64,000 bases of DNA from Christensenellaceae bacterium (GTDB lineage: Bacteria; Bacillota; Clostridia; Christensenellales; Borkfalkiaceae). Under the pieces are notes generated by a model that saw only the letters and a program-made list of their open reading frames with translations, ran no database searches and had not been told where the DNA came from. This document shows, piece after piece, positions 27,008 to 36,106 of this stretch (position 1 is its first letter; each line of letters begins with the position of its first letter). The position numbers were made by a program, and so were the translations under genes. The DNA lies in the NCBI GenBank assembly GCA_045645305.1, contig JAZRIO010000017.1:10396-74395 (forward strand), in the 5' to 3' direction.

Positions 27008-28099
27008 ATGTACGATTTTAAAAGCATAATTAAAAACTTTGAATTAGATGGTGATTTCGTTAGTTGTGATAGGTATGGCGAAGGTCATATAAATCAAACT
27101 TTTTTGTTAAAGCTTGAGAAAGCGGGCAAAAAAACCGATTATATTCTTCAAAGGATAAACGATAAACTTTTTAGCGATGTGGACAGGTTAATGAACAACA
27201 TTAAACTCGTTACCGAATATAACCGCAAGCAAATTGAAAAGCGCGGTGGAAATCCCGATAGAGAAAGTTTATCGCTTGTTTACGCTAAAGATAAAAAGCC
27301 TTATGTGTTTATTGAGGGCGCGGGTTATTTTAGGGTGTATAAGTTCATCATTGATGCTATTGCATACCAAACGGTTGAAAGGCCTGAACTTTTTTATCAA
27401 AGCGCGGTTGCTTTTGGTAATTTTGCCAACCTCTTAGCCGAATTTGATGCAAACGCTTTATACGAGAGTATTCCCGATTTTCACAACACGGAAAAAAGGT
27501 ATGAAAACTTTTTAAAAGCGGTTGAAGAAGATAAGGTGAAAAGAGCCGATTCGGTGCGCGATGAGATTGAGTTTGTAAAACAAAGAAAAGATTATTGCGG
27601 ATAGATTGTAAATCTTCTTAAAAGCGGAGAGATGCCCACAAGAGTAACGCATAACGATACGAAATTGAACAATGTTATGCTTGACAAAGTTAGTGGAGAA
27701 CCCGTTGCCGTTATCGACCTTGATACCATTATGGAAGGAAGTCTTTGTTACGATTTTGGAGACAGCATAAGGTTTGGTTGCAACCACGCAGACGAAGGGG
27801 AGCCTGACCTATCCAAAGTAAACTTTGATATAGATTTGTTTAGAGAATATACAAAAGGTTACTTGTTTGCAATAGGTGATAGCATAACCAAGATAGAAAA
27901 AGACAACCTTGCCTTTGGTTCGATACTTATGACCTATGAGTGCGGTATGAGATTTTTAACCGATTATCTAGAAGGGGACACCTATTTTAGAATAAAACAC
28001 CCTGCTCACAACATTGATAGAACGCTCATGCAGTTCAAGTTGGTTGCCGATATGGAAAAAGCCCTTCCCGAAATGGAAAAGATAGTAAACGAATATTAA
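27008..28099 (+). pseudogene. APH-fold sugar kinase (N-acetylhexosamine 1-kinase NahK/LnpB-like) interrupted by one in-frame TAG at 27602-27604
   Basis: Track ORFs 26987-27604 and 27632-28099 are in the same frame, separated only by the TAG. The upstream part has GEGHINQTF. The downstream part has RVTHNDTKLNNVMLD (catalytic loop) and IDLDT. Confidence 0.7.
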
Positions 28100-28107
28100 A
28101 AACAATA

Positions 28108-28138
28108 AAAAAGCCACCGCGGTCGCGGTGGTTTTTTA
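28108..28138. terminator. bidirectional intrinsic terminator
   Basis: Stem ccaccgc / gcggtgg flanked by A- and T-runs. Confidence 0.7.
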
Positions 28139-28139
28139 T

Positions 28140-30011
28140 TTATCTAACAGAATATCGCCAACAGAGATTTAAGGTGTAGTTCCAAGCATCAACTCTTGAA
28201 GAAATAAGGGGTTCATTTTTGCCAACAATTCTAGAAGTTGCTTCATACATATCCCTCCTTTCTTCTCCGCGAGCGCGCCGAGCAAAGAGCATAGAAAGAG
28301 CAATCATCTCATCGGCGTGAACGGCAAGCACCTTCCAAGCCATATTGTCGCTATTTACACTCATTTCAGGGTGGTTTTTCTTAAACTCACAAACAAACGC
28401 GGGGATAGAGATAAACTTTTGGTAGTTTTCTTCGGATAAAGCAGGCTTTTCTTCTCTTATATAAACGGGGTCGAAAAGGTCTGATATTTTCGTAAGGTAT
28501 TCTCTAACTTCTCTTGCCTTATCGCCAAACTCAGCGGTAAAATACTCATCGGCAACTTCATCAAAGTTTAATGTTTTATCCCACAAACCTTTGGCCATTG
28601 CATAAAGGGGAAGCCCCGTGGGGAAAGATGCCCTTGAAACTTGGCAACTTATCATACCGTCAAGCCCGATTTTATCTAAACCGACCATATCTTCAAAAAG
28701 AGTTTTGGAAATTTGCATATATCCAGGGTCTTTTTGGTGGTCCCACATCAAATGATAGTCAAATAAGAACCCTTCACCCTTAAACACTTTTCTCCAATCG
28801 TTAAGGTATGCAAGGTTTTCTGCAACCGAAGTTGGGAAAGTGAGTTTGTTGCGCACGTAAGGTGTGGTAGAAACTTCTTTACTTTCCTTTACGCTTTGCA
28901 CGATTGTTTTAGAATAAGTTCTCTTAATCGGCGCAAACATTATAATAAAACGGTCGGGGTTAATAAAGGTGTTCTTTTGCGGTGCCCAAAGTAGATCTAC
29001 ATAAATAAGGAACACGATTTTTGTGTTTAGATTGTTTTCAGTAAGTTTTTTGTCTACAAGGTTTAGAAGTTCAACGTAATAATCCGAAGGGATTGTGTCT
29101 TTACAGTTATCGCACTCGCAGTTATTGTTTTCGCCGTCGGCAAGCCAAAGGTGAAGAACATTTAAGGTCGGGTGAGATTGGGCATATTCAACCACAGCAT
29201 CCGACATTATTTCCATAACCTTGGGGTTAGAATAGCAAAGGTTAGTATTAAGGGGAACACCCTTAAAAGTTTGCCTTTTCCCGTCAAAAAGCGCGGTAAG
29301 TTCAATATATCCCTCGGGTAGAGATTGGTCGGGAACTTGGTGCCAACCTTCCCCCTCTATACCAAACGGAACGCACGTCCAACCGTGCCCTATCGCGTGG
29401 TGGCGAATTCCGCGCTTTGCCGTTTCAGCGGTTAAACGCGTTAAGATATCATCAACTTCTTCGGCGGAAAGGTTGCGTTTTTCTTCTGCCTTAAAACAAT
29501 CGTTCCAATGGTGAGAGTACCACCTTTTGAAAAAGACTGATGGGCGGAAGAATTGGAAAAAGTAAGAGTTCATTCCAACGCGTGGAATAAAGTCCAACAT
29601 TTCTAAAACGTGTTCTTCAGAAACCGCGCCCTCTATACAAACACCCCTATGTTTATAAGAGGGTGTTTCTTGTAAATTGATGGTTAAAAGTTGTTCGGTT
29701 AACTGTTTTTTAGGTATATGTTCGCCATCTTTTCCAGGGCAGGTCCATATGCAACCAAGTTCTCTTAAAAAACGGTATACGGCAATTAAAACCGCACCCT
29801 CGTTTGAACCGCAAATTTCTCCAGCACCACCGTTGAGCAAAATGCTCACTTGGTCGTTTTGTTCATCGGCATTTTTTATTGAAAGGACAATTTTCTTTCC
29901 GCCGTTGCCAAAAACAGTGTCGCTATCCATTTGATAAAGGTAGCGTTCAAGTTGCTCTTTAGCGTAGGCAAAAACGGGTGTATCCTTTGCGCATAAAATA
30001 TGGAATTTCAT
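28140..30011 (-). CDS. hypothetical protein, glycoside-hydrolase-like (possibly DUF4838/GH20-like fold)
   Basis: 623-aa ORF. PSYKHRGVCIEG and a CECDNC cysteine cluster. The assignment is from memory of the family and is weak. Confidence 0.5.
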   Translation of the reverse strand: MKFHILCAKDTPVFAYAKEQLERYLYQMDSDTVFGNGGKKIVLSIKNADEQNDQVSILLNGGAGEICGSNEGAVLIAVYRFLRELGCIWTCPGKDGEHIPKKQLTEQLLTINLQETPSYKHRGVCIEGAVSEEHVLEMLDFIPRVGMNSYFFQFFRPSVFFKRWYSHHWNDCFKAEEKRNLSAEEVDDILTRLTAETAKRGIRHHAIGHGWTCVPFGIEGEGWHQVPDQSLPEGYIELTALFDGKRQTFKGVPLNTNLCYSNPKVMEIMSDAVVEYAQSHPTLNVLHLWLADGENNNCECDNCKDTIPSDYYVELLNLVDKKLTENNLNTKIVFLIYVDLLWAPQKNTFINPDRFIIMFAPIKRTYSKTIVQSVKESKEVSTTPYVRNKLTFPTSVAENLAYLNDWRKVFKGEGFLFDYHLMWDHQKDPGYMQISKTLFEDMVGLDKIGLDGMISCQVSRASFPTGLPLYAMAKGLWDKTLNFDEVADEYFTAEFGDKAREVREYLTKISDLFDPVYIREEKPALSEENYQKFISIPAFVCEFKKNHPEMSVNSDNMAWKVLAVHADEMIALSMLFARRARGEERRDMYEATSRIVGKNEPLISSRVDAWNYTLNLCWRYSVR

Positions 30012-30019
30012 TGTTTAAG

Positions 30020-30051
30020 AACTCCTAAAAAAGAAAAATCTTTTAGGAGTT
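30020..30051 (-). promoter_or_regulatory. 11-bp perfect hairpin sequestering the SD of the 28140-30011 gene
   Basis: The mRNA reads aactcctaaaa-(10 nt)-ttttaggagtt, then cttaaaca and ATG. The AGGAG lies in the 3' arm. Confidence 0.4.
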
Positions 30052-30103
30052 AAGTATAACAAATATAAAAAGTGTTGTCAATTATGATTGCAAATTTTGC
30101 TTA

Positions 30104-31114
30104 TTAATTCATGTCCAATCGCTCGCCCGTTATGGCATCTTGAAACATCATCCAATATCCGTCGCCATGAACATTAAACACGGAAAGGGGGATAAAAGTG
30201 CTTTTTCCCGCAAGGTCTTTTGGCGGTGCGCTAGAGTATGTTGCAGGCACGCCGTAACAAATATATTTTGGCTGAGAATTTTCTTTAATTAAACCCACAA
30301 CATAAAACTTGTTTTCGGCATAGGTAATTTTTGCCCATTTGCTGTTTGGAAGCGCGCCCGTTAACTCCTTTTCTTCGGGGAATTTTCTAAAAATCTCGTT
30401 AAGTTCACTTCTCACTGTGGAGTAGAAGGGGTTTTTTTGCGAATATTTTGCGAAAGAGCCACCATTTTTTTCATTTTGAGAGCAAGAATTATCCGTTTGG
30501 ATTTTTTCCGTTTTTTCTTTGCTTCTATTATAAGGCAATTCATTTTCCATCCGTGAAACAACATTGTCGCACTCCTTGATTTTTTCTAACTTGCAGTTTA
30601 TGTCCGTATCAAAATCGTAATAATTGACCGTGGCAACCGCTTCATCATCATAAGAAGTGGATTGTTCTTCGGTTAGGAGGGTGGTAGAGCAGACTTTTTT
30701 TGTCGAAGCCGTTTGCTTTTTTTCTTCCACAACCTTTTCTATAACCGCCCTGTTAAAATCTTTTATAGCGTTGGGGGCGTTTTGCTCAGAGGCAAAAGCA
30801 AGGGTTAGGGGGATATCGTTTTTTATTAGCACCACCCCAAACGATAGCGGATGAGATGTGGAAAAGTTGGGTATAATTGTATGTAAAAAGGTTGGATTAG
30901 AGCCAAGGTCAATGCAAAAAATTTTCCCGTTATCGTAAGAAAAAAACCCTTTATAAACCCCATCGAAAGTGGGGGAGAAGTTTATAAAAGACAAATGAAT
31001 TTCACAAATACCATTTTCGCATTCTACGCGCACAATTCCGCCAAGCGGACGGCACTTATCGAAAACGCCGTATTCGGTTTGTTTTAGAACAAGCACTTTT
31101 TTATAATAATCCAT
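30104..31114 (-). CDS. hypothetical two-domain protein with a low-complexity acidic/Ser-Thr linker
   Basis: 336-aa ORF with a GGAG-type SD. The C-terminal block is KYICYGVP...GYWMMFQDAITGE. No family recognised. Confidence 0.55.
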   Translation of the reverse strand: MDYYKKVLVLKQTEYGVFDKCRPLGGIVRVECENGICEIHLSFINFSPTFDGVYKGFFSYDNGKIFCIDLGSNPTFLHTIIPNFSTSHPLSFGVVLIKNDIPLTLAFASEQNAPNAIKDFNRAVIEKVVEEKKQTASTKKVCSTTLLTEEQSTSYDDEAVATVNYYDFDTDINCKLEKIKECDNVVSRMENELPYNRSKEKTEKIQTDNSCSQNEKNGGSFAKYSQKNPFYSTVRSELNEIFRKFPEEKELTGALPNSKWAKITYAENKFYVVGLIKENSQPKYICYGVPATYSSAPPKDLAGKSTFIPLSVFNVHGDGYWMMFQDAITGERLDMN

Positions 31115-31454
31115 ATTAACTCCTAAACAAAGGCAAAATAAATATACATAATAATATATGAAAAAGGGCGCAAAAATTTTGGTAAATATATAAAATTGTG
31201 CGGTAGTGTTGTCGAAAAGATAAAAAACAACAAAAATTTATTTATAAACTTAAAAAAATGCCGAGCAATTACCTTTACATTTGTTAAGTTTTGTGGTAGA
31301 ATACATACTGCGATACGATAAACAATTTTTAGGTGTCGATGAAAAATTTGTGCAAAAAAAAGGGTAAAAACCCTATAAAAAAGCCAAAATTTTTCAAAAC
31401 AAATTAAATTAGTAAAAAAACTCGGCTAAGCCGAGAATACACAAGGAGAGTATT

Positions 31455-33230
31455 ATGACGAACAACAAAAAAGTTTTGGATTTTATCCAAGAAACTAAAG
31501 CGCTTTGTCAACCTGACAACATCGTTTGGATTGACGGAAGCGAAGAGCAACTTGAAGCGTTGAGAAAACAAGCGTGTGATGAGAAAATTCTTATCAAACT
31601 CAACCAAGAAAAATTGCCCGGTTGCTATCTCCACCGCACTACCGTTAACGACGTTGCGAGAGTAGAAGGTAGAACCTTTATTTGTTCAAAGAAAAAAGAA
31701 GACTCTGCTCCCATCAATAACTGGATGGAAACTAGCGAGGCTATGGCTCTTATGAACGACCTCTTCAAGGGCGTTATGAAAGGCAGAACTATGTATGTAA
31801 TCCCCTATTCAATGGGTGCTGTAGGAAGCAAATTCTCTAAAATCGGCATCGAACTTACTGACTCTGTATACGTTGTACTCAACATGGCAATCATGACCAG
31901 AGTAGGTAAAGATGTATTAGATGCTTTGGGCGATGGCGACTTCATTAAAGGCTTGCACTCTTATGCAGAACTTTCTGAAGAAAAGAGATACATTATGCAC
32001 TTCCCCGAAGAAAACACCATTATGAGTATCAACTCTAACTACGGTGGTAATGTTCTTCTCGGTAAAAAGTGCTTCGCACTCCGTATTGCATCTTTCCTTG
32101 GAAAGACTGAAGGCTGGATGGCAGAACACATGCTTATCCTTGGCATCACCAATCCTAAGGGCGAAAAGAAATACATTGCGGCTGCGTTCCCCTCTGCTTG
32201 CGGTAAGACCAACCTTGCAATGCTTATTCCCCCCAAGGCTTATCTTGACAAGGGATACACTATTGAATGCGTAGGCGACGATATCGCTTGGATTAGAGTT
32301 GGTGAAGACGGAAGACTTTGGGCAGTTAACCCCGAAAATGGATTCTTCGGCGTTGCTCCCGGTACCAACCTTAAATCAAACCCCAACGCACTTAAATCTA
32401 CTATGAAAAACACCATTTTCACCAATGTTGTTCAAAATCTTGATGACAACACTGTTTGGTGGGAAGGTCTTGATAAGAACCCCCCGAAGAACGCTGTCGA
32501 CTGGAAGGGTAATCCTTGGAACGGCGATATGAAAGATGCTGAAGGAAAGGCAATCAAGGGTGCGCACCCCAACAGCCGTTTCACCGCACCTGCAATCAAC
32601 TGTCCTTGCATTTCTGACCAATTCGAAGCACCCAACGGTGTTCCGCTTTCTGCAATCGTATTCGGTGGTAGACGCGCTAAAACCGCTCCGCTCGTATATC
32701 AAAGCAAAGATTGGAATAACGGTGTATTCGTAGGTTCAATTATGGCAAGTGAAACAACCGCTGCAGCAACTGGTGCAGTAGGCGTTGTAAGACGTGACCC
32801 GATGGCTATGAGACCTTTCGTTGGTTACAATATGGGTGACTACTTCAATCACTGGATTGAAATGGGTAAAAAAGTTTCAAACCAACCCAAAATCTTCAAC
32901 GTTAACTGGTTTAGAACTGATGATGAAGGCAACTTCATTTGGCCGGGATTCGGTGACAATATGCGTGTTCTCGATTGGATTATCGACCGTTGTGAAGACA
33001 AGGTTGATGCTGTTGAAACACCTATCGGTTTCATCCCCAAGGCTGAAGACATCAACATCGAAGGTTTGGAAGACGTTACTATCGACACCATTAAAGAACT
33101 TCTTACTATCGACAAAGAAAACTGGAAGAAAGAAGCAGAAGGTATCGAACAATTCTACGGCGAACTTACCAGAGTTCCTGCTGAACTTTACGATCAACTC
33201 AAAACCCTCAAAGAAAACCTTGATAAATAA
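31455..33230 (+). CDS. pckG: phosphoenolpyruvate carboxykinase (GTP)
   Basis: FPSACGKTN kinase-1a motif, GDDIAW and a WFR...G.F.WPGFG.N.RVL C-terminal block. 591 aa. Confidence 0.95.
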   Translation: MTNNKKVLDFIQETKALCQPDNIVWIDGSEEQLEALRKQACDEKILIKLNQEKLPGCYLHRTTVNDVARVEGRTFICSKKKEDSAPINNWMETSEAMALMNDLFKGVMKGRTMYVIPYSMGAVGSKFSKIGIELTDSVYVVLNMAIMTRVGKDVLDALGDGDFIKGLHSYAELSEEKRYIMHFPEENTIMSINSNYGGNVLLGKKCFALRIASFLGKTEGWMAEHMLILGITNPKGEKKYIAAAFPSACGKTNLAMLIPPKAYLDKGYTIECVGDDIAWIRVGEDGRLWAVNPENGFFGVAPGTNLKSNPNALKSTMKNTIFTNVVQNLDDNTVWWEGLDKNPPKNAVDWKGNPWNGDMKDAEGKAIKGAHPNSRFTAPAINCPCISDQFEAPNGVPLSAIVFGGRRAKTAPLVYQSKDWNNGVFVGSIMASETTAAATGAVGVVRRDPMAMRPFVGYNMGDYFNHWIEMGKKVSNQPKIFNVNWFRTDDEGNFIWPGFGDNMRVLDWIIDRCEDKVDAVETPIGFIPKAEDINIEGLEDVTIDTIKELLTIDKENWKKEAEGIEQFYGELTRVPAELYDQLKTLKENLDK

Positions 33231-33238
33231 GGAAATTA

Positions 33239-33266
33239 AGGAGTGCCAAAAGGCGCTCCTTTTTAT
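33239..33266 (+). terminator. intrinsic terminator after the PEPCK gene
   Basis: Stem aggagtgcc / ggcgctcct followed by TTTTT. Confidence 0.7.
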
Positions 33267-33275
33267 TTTTAAGCA

Positions 33276-33312
33276 GTCAAGCGCAAACTGACTTTGTCAA
33301 GTGTAAACTGAC
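33276..33312 (+). promoter_or_regulatory. two 17-bp direct repeats (candidate AraC-type operator) upstream of a TTGACA-18-TAAAAT promoter
   Basis: gtcaagcgcaaactgac (33276-33292) and gtcaagtgtaaactgac (33296-33312) match 15/17 with a 20-bp period. The -35 is at 33333-33338. Confidence 0.4.
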
Positions 33313-33397
33313 TAAACTAAGGCAAATGGGTATTGACAAGTGGGGCAAAAGAGAATTAAAATTTAAGTATAGAAAAATTTTCTTTAGGAGAAACAAA

Positions 33398-34216
33398 ATG
33401 AAAGAAAATAAAACTCTTCAAGATAAACTTTGGCTTTGGGGACAATCGCCCGATAGTCACTGGCAATTTGACAACACTTATAATCTTCCAGGGCACTCAA
33501 GAATGAGCGCGGTTGAAGGTTGCTTATACTTTGATATACATAATATATGTCGCGTGCGTATGTTAGGTCACCCATTGCCACCATACGATCAAGAGTCCGA
33601 AGCGATGAGACCTTGCAAAAGGGTAATTTGGTCGCTTTTGGGTGCGGGTGCAGAGCCTGTTACCGAGTGGGGTGACGTTGATGAAGTTATCCGCCAATCA
33701 AAAATGTATGACAATATTGTGGGTGGTATATTTGATGACTTTTTTAATGTTCCCGAAAGAATCAAGTTCTATCTCCCCCCAAGATTAAAAGCGATTAAAG
33801 AAAGAATGTGCGAAGGCGCGGGCAAAAATCTTGATATGTGGGTTGTGCTTTATGAGTTTATGATGGACCGCGTGCCTAATTTAGAGAGTTATCTCAGTGC
33901 GTTTGACGTTATAACCTTTTGGACTTGGAGAGGATTTAATATCCCAAACATTAGAGAAAACATTGATAGAGTTCGCAAAATGGCGCCGGGTAAACGCATT
34001 ATGGCAGGGTGTTATCTATGGAACTATGGCGAAAAATGTCCGTTAACGCTCGACCAAATGAAAGAGCAATGCGATACCTATCTTGAACTCATAAAAGAAG
34101 GTGTTATCGAAGGCATTATCGTTTGCTCTAATTGTATTGCCGACCTTGGTATTGAAGCGGTTAATTGGATGAGAAACTGGATTAACGAACATAAAGATAT
34201 AGTAATTGAAAAATAA
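33398..34216 (+). CDS. uncharacterised protein, paralog A of a tandem pair
   Basis: 272 aa from the ATG with AGGAG SD (track start 33326 is probably too early). Collinear with the next gene (DKLWLWGQSPD.HW, YNLPGHSRM.AVEGC.YFDI.NICRV, SEAMRPCK, CSNCIADL). Confidence 0.7.
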   Translation: MKENKTLQDKLWLWGQSPDSHWQFDNTYNLPGHSRMSAVEGCLYFDIHNICRVRMLGHPLPPYDQESEAMRPCKRVIWSLLGAGAEPVTEWGDVDEVIRQSKMYDNIVGGIFDDFFNVPERIKFYLPPRLKAIKERMCEGAGKNLDMWVVLYEFMMDRVPNLESYLSAFDVITFWTWRGFNIPNIRENIDRVRKMAPGKRIMAGCYLWNYGEKCPLTLDQMKEQCDTYLELIKEGVIEGIIVCSNCIADLGIEAVNWMRNWINEHKDIVIEK

Positions 34217-34226
34217 GGAGAAAATT

Positions 34227-35036
34227 ATGGGAAAGGTAACTTTAAAAGATAAATTGTGGCTTTGGGGGCAATCGCCCGACTGCCATTGGGAAACAAGCAA
34301 CAGATACAATCTTCCAGGGCATTCTCGTATGACGGCGGTTGAAGGTTGTTATTACTTTGATATCCTCAACATTTGCCGTGTAAAAATGATGGGAAAACCC
34401 GAAGCACCGTACGACCAAGATTCTGAAGCGATGCGCCCTTGCAAGCAAGTTGTTTGGTCACTGCTTGGCGCGGGTGGTGAGCCCGTTACCGAGTGGGGCG
34501 ATTTAGAAGAAGTTGTGCGCCAATCAAAAATGTATGATAACATCACGGGTGGCGTGTTTGATGACTTTTTCTTGCCCCATAGAATTGCACACTTTACCCC
34601 TGAAAAACTTTTAGAAGTTAAGAAAAAAATGTGCGAAGATGCGGGTAGACATCTCAATATGTGGGTAGTATTTTATGAACAAAAATTCGATACTCCAAAC
34701 CTTGCCGACTATCTAAACGCGTTTGACGTTATTACCAACTGGACTTGGTGCGGAAGCAACATTAAAGATGTAAGACAAAACCTTGATAAACTTCGTGAAA
34801 TGGCACCAACCAAGCGCATTATGGCAGGTTGCTATATGTGGAACTATGGCGAAGCGTGTCCGTTAACCATAGAACAAATGCAAGCACAATGCGATGTTTA
34901 CCTTGAATATATAAAGAAAGGTTATATCGACGGCATTATCGTTTGCTCTAACTGTATTGCTGACCTTAATATTGAAGCAGTTACTTGGATGAGAAATTGG
35001 ATTAACGAACATAAAGATATTGTATTGGAAAAATAA
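34227..35036 (+). CDS. uncharacterised protein, paralog B of the tandem pair
   Basis: 269 aa from the ATG with AAGGAG SD. Roughly two-thirds identical to paralog A by eye. Confidence 0.7.
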   Translation: MGKVTLKDKLWLWGQSPDCHWETSNRYNLPGHSRMTAVEGCYYFDILNICRVKMMGKPEAPYDQDSEAMRPCKQVVWSLLGAGGEPVTEWGDLEEVVRQSKMYDNITGGVFDDFFLPHRIAHFTPEKLLEVKKKMCEDAGRHLNMWVVFYEQKFDTPNLADYLNAFDVITNWTWCGSNIKDVRQNLDKLREMAPTKRIMAGCYMWNYGEACPLTIEQMQAQCDVYLEYIKKGYIDGIIVCSNCIADLNIEAVTWMRNWINEHKDIVLEK

Positions 35037-35040
35037 GATT

Positions 35041-36087
35041 ATGGAAAAATTAAAAACAGTTACAGGTGAAATCACTCGTGATGGGCTTGGCGTTACCACC
35101 ACGCACGAACACGTTTTATTGGACCTTACCGCCTTTTATACCGAACGCGCGGTTGAGGGAATTAAATGTCCGTCAAAACAAAAGGTAAAAATGAACAACC
35201 TTGGCATTTTGAGTCGCGACTGCTATGCTTTTAAGGATAATCTCCGCTTGGATAACGAAAAACTTCAAGCAAAAGAAATATCTAAATTCAAAGAAGCGGG
35301 CGGACAAACGGTTGTCGATGCTTCACTACCAGGGATTGGTAGAGATGCAAAGGCATTAAAGAGAATTGCCAAAAAAACGGGGCTTAATATCGTTATGGGC
35401 ACGGGCTTTTACGTGGGCGAAACCCACCCCAAAGCACTTGACTCTATGACCGAAAGAGAGATTGCCGACATTATGGTAAAAGAACTAACTGTTGGTGTTG
35501 ACGGCACGGATATTTGTGCTGGTTATATCGGTGAAATCGGTATAAGCGAAATCTTCGATGAAAAGGAAAGAAGGGTGCTCCGCGCAGCCGCTATTGCCCA
35601 AAAAGATACGGGTGTTGCAATCAACGTGCATATTAACCCTTGGACAACCAACGGATTAGAAGCAAGCGATATATTGCTTTCGGCAGGGGTTAGTCCGGAT
35701 AGAATATGCATAAGCCATATCGACGTGGAAAATAGAGAAGACTACGTGTTTGCACTTTTAGAAAAGGGTGTTTACGTTGAGTTTGATAACTTCGGCAAAG
35801 AATATTACATTAAAAGAGAAGTTAGAAACTCTGGATACGGCTTGTTCGTTAGAGATACCGATAGAGTTGCTTTCATAAAGAAGATTATAGAGAAAGGCTA
35901 CCTAAATAGAATTCTTTTATCTTGTGACTTGTGTTTGAAAAACCTTATGCACGCGTACGGCGGTTGGGGTTATGACCACGTGTTAAAGAACATCGTTCCT
36001 ATGATGGAAGATGAAGGTATTACTAAAGAACAAATTGACACAATGCTTATTAAAAACCCAGAAAATTGGCTTTTTGGCGAAAAATAA
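35041..36087 (+). CDS. phosphotriesterase-family (PTE/Php) amidohydrolase-fold metallohydrolase
   Basis: N-terminal GVTTTHEHVLLDL (HxH metal ligands) and a TIM-barrel-length ORF. The start may instead be 35020. Confidence 0.8.
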   Translation: MEKLKTVTGEITRDGLGVTTTHEHVLLDLTAFYTERAVEGIKCPSKQKVKMNNLGILSRDCYAFKDNLRLDNEKLQAKEISKFKEAGGQTVVDASLPGIGRDAKALKRIAKKTGLNIVMGTGFYVGETHPKALDSMTEREIADIMVKELTVGVDGTDICAGYIGEIGISEIFDEKERRVLRAAAIAQKDTGVAINVHINPWTTNGLEASDILLSAGVSPDRICISHIDVENREDYVFALLEKGVYVEFDNFGKEYYIKREVRNSGYGLFVRDTDRVAFIKKIIEKGYLNRILLSCDLCLKNLMHAYGGWGYDHVLKNIVPMMEDEGITKEQIDTMLIKNPENWLFGEK

Positions 36088-36106
36088 ACGATAACAGGAG
36101 AAGATT

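Noticed and set aside
27602-27604. Pyrrolysine or genome-wide TAG reassignment as the explanation for the in-frame amber codon
   Set aside because: TAG terminates at least two other well-delimited genes in the window (ends 23659 and 53021). No pyl genes or methylamine methyltransferases are present here. A nonsense mutation or sequencing error is more parsimonious.
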